Assembly: GCA_947623735.1 (NCBI GenBank) | Contig: CANQHE010000002.1 | Coordinates: 2,611 to 66,610 of the forward strand | From: an uncultured Bacilli bacterium | GTDB lineage: Bacteria > Bacillota_I > Bacilli_A > RF39 > UBA660 | Direction: 5' to 3' | Length of the DNA: 64,000 nt | Position numbers and translations under genes: made by a program | In this document: piece after piece, positions 58,774 to 64,000 of the stretch | Layout: the number at the start of each line of letters is the position of its first letter | Position numbering within the stretch: the stretch's first letter is position 1 | The notes under the pieces: model-generated | Told to the model about the DNA's origin: nothing | The model's input: only the letters and a program-made list of their open reading frames with translations | Database searches by the model: none

Positions 58774-59508
58774 TTAAGTCATATATTCCATGATTTTTTG
58801 GAGATTTGCTAGGTCAAGACATGAGGAACCGATGATAAAACCATCAAGATTTTTAATGTTCATAAAATCTTTAATATTATCAGGATTGATATTACCCCCA
58901 AAAACGACATCAATATGGGTTCCATAATAATTAGTAATGAGATTTTTAATGAAAGTGATGGTTGTGGCTATTTTTTTAATATCACCAGTTATATTACTAC
59001 CAATTAAATAAGCGGGTTCATAAGCTATAATAATATCTTGATGTTTTTCAATAGGGATATTGTTAAGTATACGAGCAATTTGTTTTTCAAGTGTTAAGTA
59101 TTCGACTTTGCGGTCTAATTCTTCTTTAGTTTCGCCGATGCAATATATTATTTTGATATTATGTTTTAGGGCATTTTTAATTTTTTTTAAGATATCTTCT
59201 TCGGTTTCATGATAGTATTTTCGCCGGTCATAATGGCCAATTAGGGTATACTTTATATCAAGACTTAAGAGTTGCTCAATACTGATATCGCCGGTTAAGT
59301 TTAAGTTTTCATTAAGGGCAATATCTTGACAACATAGATTTAGGCTTTCATTTTTAAAAAGGGGTAAATAAATGTTGGTGGGAGCAATGATAAGATTTAA
59401 GTTATTCTTATTTATATTTCTTAGATTATCACGATAGATAAGCATTTCATAATAGGTTTTATTCGCTTTTAAATTACAAATCAAGTGTTTCAATTTTATC
59501 TTCCTCAC
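58774..59508 (-). CDS. tpiA: Triosephosphate isomerase (divergent)
   Basis: TIM-barrel length, position between pgk and gpmI, and catalytic Lys/His/Glu retained (CNLKAN, IGHYDRR, AYEPAY). Several near-invariant neighbouring residues differ. Confidence 0.8.
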   Translation of the reverse strand: MRKIKLKHLICNLKANKTYYEMLIYRDNLRNINKNNLNLIIAPTNIYLPLFKNESLNLCCQDIALNENLNLTGDISIEQLLSLDIKYTLIGHYDRRKYYHETEEDILKKIKNALKHNIKIIYCIGETKEELDRKVEYLTLEKQIARILNNIPIEKHQDIIIAYEPAYLIGSNITGDIKKIATTITFIKNLITNYYGTHIDVVFGGNINPDNIKDFMNIKNLDGFIIGSSCLDLANLQKIMEYMT

Positions 59509-60682
59509 TTATTGCTTCGATGCCAGGGAGAGTATTTTTGGCAATATATTCGAGAGTTGCTCCGCCACCACTGGAAATATTAGTGAAGGTATTTTTAAAG
59601 CCAAGATTATTTAAAGCGGAAATAGTGTCGCCTCCACCAATAACAGTGCTTTCTTCTTTGTTTTTTAAAATATTAAAAATTTCAGTAGTGCCATTACGGT
59701 AAGCTTTTTCTTCATAAACTCCCATTGTACCATTGATAAATATCGTGTTGCTCGAATTGATTATGTCTTGATATTTTTGAATAGTTTTAGAACCAATATC
59801 TTTGATGATGTCATTAGAGTCGATTTTATTAATTGATTTTAAAGCTGGAGTTTTATTATAAGTACTTTCCACGATAGCATCAAGAGGGAAAGCAAATTTA
59901 GGTTTATATTCGAGCATAATGTTTTTAAGTTCCGCGATAATGTTTTCGTCGGTTGCTTTTAGACTGGCTCCAACATTTAGGCCTAGAGCATATAAAAAGG
60001 AATTTGCAATACCACCACTTACTAAAAGATGGTCACATTTAGGTAAAAGACTTTTAATAAGAGGGATTTTGTCATCAACTTTAGCACCACCCATGATAAC
60101 GGTAAAAGGATGCTCAGGATTTAAAATAGTTCTATTTAACATATCTAGTTCTTGTTCCATTAATAGGCCAATACAATTAGGTAAATATTTAGGAATGCCA
60201 ACAACAGAAGTGTGGCTTCGATGGGAAGAGGCAAAAGCATCTAAGACAAATATTTCTCCGAGGCTTGCCAAACTTTTAGCAACATTATCATTAAGGGTAC
60301 TTTCTAGTTTTTCGGGAACATCTAAAAACCTAGTATTTTCAAGAAGAAGGATTTCACCAGATTTAAGATTTAAAGCCATATTTTTAGTTTCTTCCGATAA
60401 AATATCTTTTGCAAATTTTATTTCTTTATTTAAGTATTTTTCTAAGATGGCTTTGACTGGTTCTAAAGTGTTTTTAGCTTTATCTTCTTCGGTTTTTACA
60501 CGGCCTAAGTGACTCATGATAATTATCTTGCAATTTTCTTTTAGAAGAAAGTTAATAGTTTCAAGACTTTTTACGATTTTAGTGTCATCAATAACATTAC
60601 CATTTATAATGGGAACATTTAAATCGAGTCTAAGAAGAACTCTTTTATCTTTAATATACATATTTTTTAGGGTTTGTTTCAT
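59474..60682 (-). CDS. pgk: Phosphoglycerate kinase
   Basis: RLDLNVP, SHLGRV and GGGDT motifs, about 400 aa. Confidence 0.93.
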   Translation of the reverse strand: MKQTLKNMYIKDKRVLLRLDLNVPIINGNVIDDTKIVKSLETINFLLKENCKIIIMSHLGRVKTEEDKAKNTLEPVKAILEKYLNKEIKFAKDILSEETKNMALNLKSGEILLLENTRFLDVPEKLESTLNDNVAKSLASLGEIFVLDAFASSHRSHTSVVGIPKYLPNCIGLLMEQELDMLNRTILNPEHPFTVIMGGAKVDDKIPLIKSLLPKCDHLLVSGGIANSFLYALGLNVGASLKATDENIIAELKNIMLEYKPKFAFPLDAIVESTYNKTPALKSINKIDSNDIIKDIGSKTIQKYQDIINSSNTIFINGTMGVYEEKAYRNGTTEIFNILKNKEESTVIGGGDTISALNNLGFKNTFTNISSGGGATLEYIAKNTLPGIEAISEEDKIETLDL

Positions 60683-60708
60683 ATTGATACCTCTTTTATT
60701 CTTTATAT

Positions 60709-60738
60709 ATTATAACTTAAAATATTAATAATTTACAA
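60709..60738 (-). promoter_or_regulatory. Sigma-A promoter of pgk
   Basis: Minus strand: TTGTAA (60738-60733), an 18-nt spacer, TATAAT (60714-60709), preceded by a T-tract. Confidence 0.45.
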
Positions 60739-60767
60739 GAAAAAAAGACTATTTTTTTTAATCTTTA

Positions 60768-61076
60768 TTATTTTATTAAACGTTCTCTTTCTTTTATAAT
60801 AGTTTCTGGTAATTTAATATCTATAGAATTTAAATTATTTATTAAAATTTGATAATTACTATCGATTTCATTTAAATTATCTTTAATATTGTTTATTTTA
60901 TTTTCAAAACCATTTAAAGTATTTTTTAGCATGGTTAAGTAAGAACGATAAGTAAAATCATAAGGCACATTTAAATAAGCGTTATTTTGGGCATTTCTTA
61001 AGTTGTGAGAGGCATTTTCTAAATCGTTTAATATATAGTTTTTAATCATATCTGGTGGAAGTTTAAGTTTGCTCAT
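60768..61076 (-). CDS. Small helical protein, last gene of the T7SS-associated operon
   Basis: 102 aa. ATG directly follows the upstream stop; SD AAGAGGAAA. No WXG motif. Confidence 0.6.
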   Translation of the reverse strand: MSKLKLPPDMIKNYILNDLENASHNLRNAQNNAYLNVPYDFTYRSYLTMLKNTLNGFENKINNIKDNLNEIDSNYQILINNLNSIDIKLPETIIKERERLIK

Positions 61077-61376
61077 TTAATTTCCTCTTTCTATATTAAG
61101 ATTTTTGGTTATTGTTTCTTCAATTAAAGAAGCATCATTTTTAATTTTTGCACTATATGTGGCAAGAAGCATTCCAAAATTTAGAAACTCGGCTTTATCA
61201 AGTTCAATGGTTCTAAAATAATATTCAGCAGTGTTACCAACCCATTCATTAGTTTCATAAGGTACTTTAGCTAGTCTAATAAAAAGGCTATTAATAAGAC
61301 TGTTATATTCATTTATTAAAATATTTAATCGGGATGCAATTTCTTTCATTTCGGTAGTATTGGCATATGAAAGCAT
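61077..61376 (-). CDS. WXG100-like small protein
   Basis: 99 aa with a central NEWVGNTAEYYF (W-x-G). Start set at ATG 61376 (SD AAAGGAGGA), 1 nt after the upstream stop. Confidence 0.65.
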   Translation of the reverse strand: MLSYANTTEMKEIASRLNILINEYNSLINSLFIRLAKVPYETNEWVGNTAEYYFRTIELDKAEFLNFGMLLATYSAKIKNDASLIEETITKNLNIERGN

Positions 61377-61377
61377 A

Positions 61378-61668
61378 TTAAAGTCCTCCTTTTTCATTTT
61401 CTAAATCATTTGTAAGCTTTCTTATTGTATTATTGATAGAAGGGATAATAGTATTTTTTAGATAATTAGAAGTTTCACTTATTTTGTTTTTTACTTTTTC
61501 AACATTTGATACAATTGGGGTTATATCTTCGTTTATGTTGTAAATATTTTTTAAATTTGGTCTAATATTTTCTAAATCATTCACAGTATTATTAAGGTTA
61601 ATAATAATAGTGTTAATATCACTTTTTAAGATTTCATATTTGTGAATTTTATTTAAAATATCAGCCAT
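61378..61668 (-). CDS. Small helical protein (T7SS-associated operon)
   Basis: 96 aa from ATG 61668 (SD AAAGGAGGAG). Asn/Ile-rich predicted helices. The ORF-track start at 61743 would overlap the upstream gene. Confidence 0.6.
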   Translation of the reverse strand: MADILNKIHKYEILKSDINTIIINLNNTVNDLENIRPNLKNIYNINEDITPIVSNVEKVKNKISETSNYLKNTIIPSINNTIRKLTNDLENEKGGL

Positions 61669-61696
61669 AAGTGAAGCTCCTCCTTTACTTAAAAAA

Positions 61697-62182
61697 TTAA
61701 TCGAGATTAATATCGCCAGCACTATTACGTACTGAAGCCGCATTTGTATTAACTTCTTCAGCTACGTTACCTACTTGACTAGCAATGTTTCTAGCACTGT
61801 CTTGATAGTTTTGAACAGCTTGCCAAAATTCGTCAACATTTTTTTTAATCATGGCAACATAAGCCGTTAAAAGAAGTTTCATTGATTTTAGAAATTCTTG
61901 AGCTTGAATTTGAACGTCTCCTTTAAATGTCATTTCAAGATTAGCATTTTCATTGAATCCCATGATAATTTCTTTAGCATTTTCATAATATTTTTGGAAT
62001 GCACTTTGTACTTGGATTGCATTAGCATTGTCAAGACCCGCGAAACCACCTTTATAGACACCTTCAGAACTTGGGGTTGAGCCAATTAAAGTATTGATTT
62101 CCTCAGTGAAACGTCCTAAGATGGAAGATGGAGATTCGCCAGGATTTCTAGAAATACTTGATACAGCACTTTGTAAAGCCAT
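61697..62182 (-). CDS. 161-aa protein of unknown function in the T7SS-associated operon
   Basis: SD AAAGGAGAC. Start is coupled (TAATG) to the upstream WXG gene. The N-terminal third is Ser/Gly/Pro-rich and the rest is helical. Confidence 0.6.
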   Translation of the reverse strand: MALQSAVSSISRNPGESPSSILGRFTEEINTLIGSTPSSEGVYKGGFAGLDNANAIQVQSAFQKYYENAKEIIMGFNENANLEMTFKGDVQIQAQEFLKSMKLLLTAYVAMIKKNVDEFWQAVQNYQDSARNIASQVGNVAEEVNTNAASVRNSAGDINLD

Positions 62183-62499
62183 TATGGTTGTCTCCTTTCT
62201 ACTAAGTTATTGTCAACTTCTGCCATGCCCGTAATAATTTGGTTAAATTGACTTGTTAGAGCGTAATAAGCGCTTTGTAATGCCATTTGGATTTTAGATA
62301 CATCATTTTCTAAATTTTTTTTAAAGTTATCGGCTGATTGTCCAACCCATACTTCATCAATTGCACTTTCAAGTTCACTGATGTTAGTATCTAAAGCGTC
62401 ACAAGTCTTTTGGATAACTTCAGTTTGAATTTCCTTTAGGGCATTATGCAATTCATTTTGGTCGTAACCAATCGTTGCTTTATTAATGTTTAATGCCAA
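62182..62499 (-). CDS. WXG100-family (EsxA-like) protein
   Basis: 105 aa from TTG 62499 (SD TAGGAGGTG). Central DEVWVGQSADNF gives the W-x-G motif between two helices. Confidence 0.7.
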   Translation of the reverse strand: MALNINKATIGYDQNELHNALKEIQTEVIQKTCDALDTNISELESAIDEVWVGQSADNFKKNLENDVSKIQMALQSAYYALTSQFNQIITGMAEVDNNLVERRQP

Positions 62500-62511
62500 A
62501 ATAAACACCTC

Positions 62512-62847
62512 CTATAAATTTTTCATATTATTATTAGCATTTGTTTCTAAAGAAAGATTAGTGAAGAGGCTAGCAAAATATTTTTCATTATCTTTGCTGT
62601 GAGTGAGTAGGGAATTTAAATCATCTGAATATGAAATTATATTTTCTTTAATAGTTTGGTAATTTTTACGAAAACCATCATAAGCTTCTATAATTTTATT
62701 GCTGCTTGTGCCTTTGTAATAATTTGTTAGACTGAAAATTTCAGAATCTATTTTTTCAAATATCTCACTTACTTTATCGGCATAGTCTAGAATTTCTATG
62801 GATAAAGTTCCTAAATCAGGTTCATTTATTCCACTTAGCTGATTCAT
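62512..62847 (-). CDS. Small helical protein, first gene of the T7SS-associated operon (WXG100-like with YKG in place of WXG)
   Basis: 111 aa, SD AAGGGAGGAAAA. A promoter-like TTGACA lies upstream in the 62848-62961 gap. Confidence 0.6.
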   Translation of the reverse strand: MNQLSGINEPDLGTLSIEILDYADKVSEIFEKIDSEIFSLTNYYKGTSSNKIIEAYDGFRKNYQTIKENIISYSDDLNSLLTHSKDNEKYFASLFTNLSLETNANNNMKNL

Positions 62848-62961
62848 TATTTTCCTCCCTTTTGAAACTAAACATTAGAATATAGCTCTATATTCTTATA
62901 GTAAGTATAACTTAAAATATGACAACTTGCAAGACACTTGTCAAAAATTTTACATTAATTA

Positions 62962-63216
62962 TTAATAAATTATAAGTTCGGTGCCATTACGGATATTAGT
63001 ATTTCTTATAAGTTCTTCATATTTATATAATTCGCCAGTGCGATGATTACATAAATGAATTATATTTTTTTGAGGATAAGCATCTTTAGAAATATCTTTT
63101 ACGATTAAGTTTAATAGATTGCATACTTGATAGACAGTTTTATTGATTGGTATATATAGTTCATAAACTTGTTCAATTTCAGGAACAAATAATTTTATTA
63201 GTATTTTATAATCCAT
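62962..63216 (-). CDS. esaB: YukD/EsaB-like ubiquitin-fold protein of type VIIb secretion systems
   Basis: 84 aa. IKLFVPEIEQVYELYIPINKTVYQV...NGTELIIY resembles the YukD beta-grasp. TAATG-coupled to the EssC stop. Confidence 0.65.
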   Translation of the reverse strand: MDYKILIKLFVPEIEQVYELYIPINKTVYQVCNLLNLIVKDISKDAYPQKNIIHLCNHRTGELYKYEELIRNTNIRNGTELIIY

Positions 63217-64000
63217 TATTCATCACCATCCATCATAGTTTTTATTACGCGATATTTAGCATCTTCGATAATATAAGCTAAACCTTCAAAATTATATTTA
63301 GTATCTTCAGTGGTTAGGTCATTTGTTATAAATAGACTTTGATTTTGAAGCCCTGGACCTAGCCAGATGCCAGTAGATGTATCAACATAACTAAACCATG
63401 GTTCTAATTTTAAAGTTCGTAATTTATCATAATTATCTACTAGTATAGTTATTACTTTTTTTGATGATATTATACTTTCAAACATACTGCTTGCTATTTC
63501 AATACCGGCTTTTGATAATTTCTTTTTAAATTGGCCGGCGCCAATAATAATGTTAATTCCAAAATCTTGGCTTTCAGTTCGAGTTTTTACATCTTTTTCT
63601 AAAGCAGCGAAGACAACATCTAAATTAGTGTTGAAAAGTTTTATATCTAATATAGGCTGTTCAAAATATTCTAATAAATCAATTACTCTAATTTTAGTGT
63701 TAGGGATTTTGCTTAAAATATTTGCTAGAGCATAAATGAATTTCATATTATTTTTTAAATCTTTACTAGTTATTAAATGAATTTTATTTTTAAGAAAATC
63801 GTATTTAGCAATATCTTTTTCATAGAAATTATAACCTATTGGAGTAATAGATAAATCAGTAATATATTTGATTAAATCATTACTTGTGACATTATCAGGA
63901 ATAGTTGCGAGTTGTTTAGCTTTAGTGTTATAGTATGCGATTAGTTTATTAGTGGCTTCTTTTATATAACCGATTAAATCTTTATCAGGAACAATAAAGG
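63216..64000 (-). CDS. essC: EssC/YukB-type FtsK/SpoIIIE ATPase, C-terminal part (runs off the window)
   Basis: The frame is open from 63216 to nt 64000 (I translated ...PIGYNFYEKDIAKYDFLKNKIHLITSKDL...). Degenerate P-loop region and IIIGAGQF / ITILVDNYD motifs fit the last ATPase domain of EssC. Confidence 0.65.
   Translation of the reverse strand, partial: FIVPDKDLIGYIKEATNKLIAYYNTKAKQLATIPDNVTSNDLIKYITDLSITPIGYNFYEKDIAKYDFLKNKIHLITSKDLKNNMKFIYALANILSKIPNTKIRVIDLLEYFEQPILDIKLFNTNLDVVFAALEKDVKTRTESQDFGINIIIGAGQFKKKLSKAGIEIASSMFESIISSKKVITILVDNYDKLRTLKLEPWFSYVDTSTGIWLGPGLQNQSLFITNDLTTEDTKYNFEGLAYIIEDAKYRVIKTMMDGDE

Noticed and set aside
59919-60512. 197-aa plus-strand ORF. Similar long antisense ORFs occur at 12488-13000, 18175-18486, 29494-29799, 1276-1515 and 2307-2621.
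   Set aside because: All lie antisense within confidently identified conserved genes (pgk, dnaX, gyrB, htrA, metG). They are Ser/Leu/Phe-rich shadow ORFs without SD sequences.

Overview
Origin-proximal ~64 kb of a very AT-rich, endospore-forming Bacillota (Firmicutes) chromosome. It uses standard code 11. The taxon cannot be fixed by eye. Core content: rpmH-rnpA-yidC-jag (+) diverges from dnaA-dnaN-(comK-like)-recF-gyrB-gyrA (-), with oriC DnaA boxes between them. Next on the minus strand are ffs-tadA-dnaX-ybaB-recR-bofA-holB-ricT-methyltransferase-pth-mfd, then spoVT and a T-box-controlled metG. Further right are many housekeeping and sporulation genes: spoIIR, cwlD, divIC-yabQ-yabP, spoVG, veg, yabG, rsmA, tatD, prfA-prmC, rpoE, argS, a class A PBP, and pgk-tpiA-[spo0A]-gpmI. 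Accessory content: (1) two paralogous large secreted proteins of unknown function, one interrupted by a G10 tract and one in a 2.2-kb cassette flanked by ~186-bp direct repeats; (2) an Abi_2 gene; (3) an IS30-family element beside a frameshifted lipoprotein gene; (4) a sortase-type C1 peptidase; (5) the distal end of a type VIIb secretion locus (EssC C-terminus, YukD-like protein, six small helical/WXG proteins). The cis-element signals I consider most notable are these. Five parS palindromes are packed into the gyrA-ffs intergenic gap. Three perfect Noc-binding-site palindromes sit inside genes. Arrays of Spo0A boxes with 10-bp phasing lie upstream of spo0A, of the comK-like gene, and of a type I toxin-antitoxin-like small transcript. 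All calls rest on reading the sequence and ORF translations by eye. No searches were run, and hand-derived coordinates may be off by a base or two.
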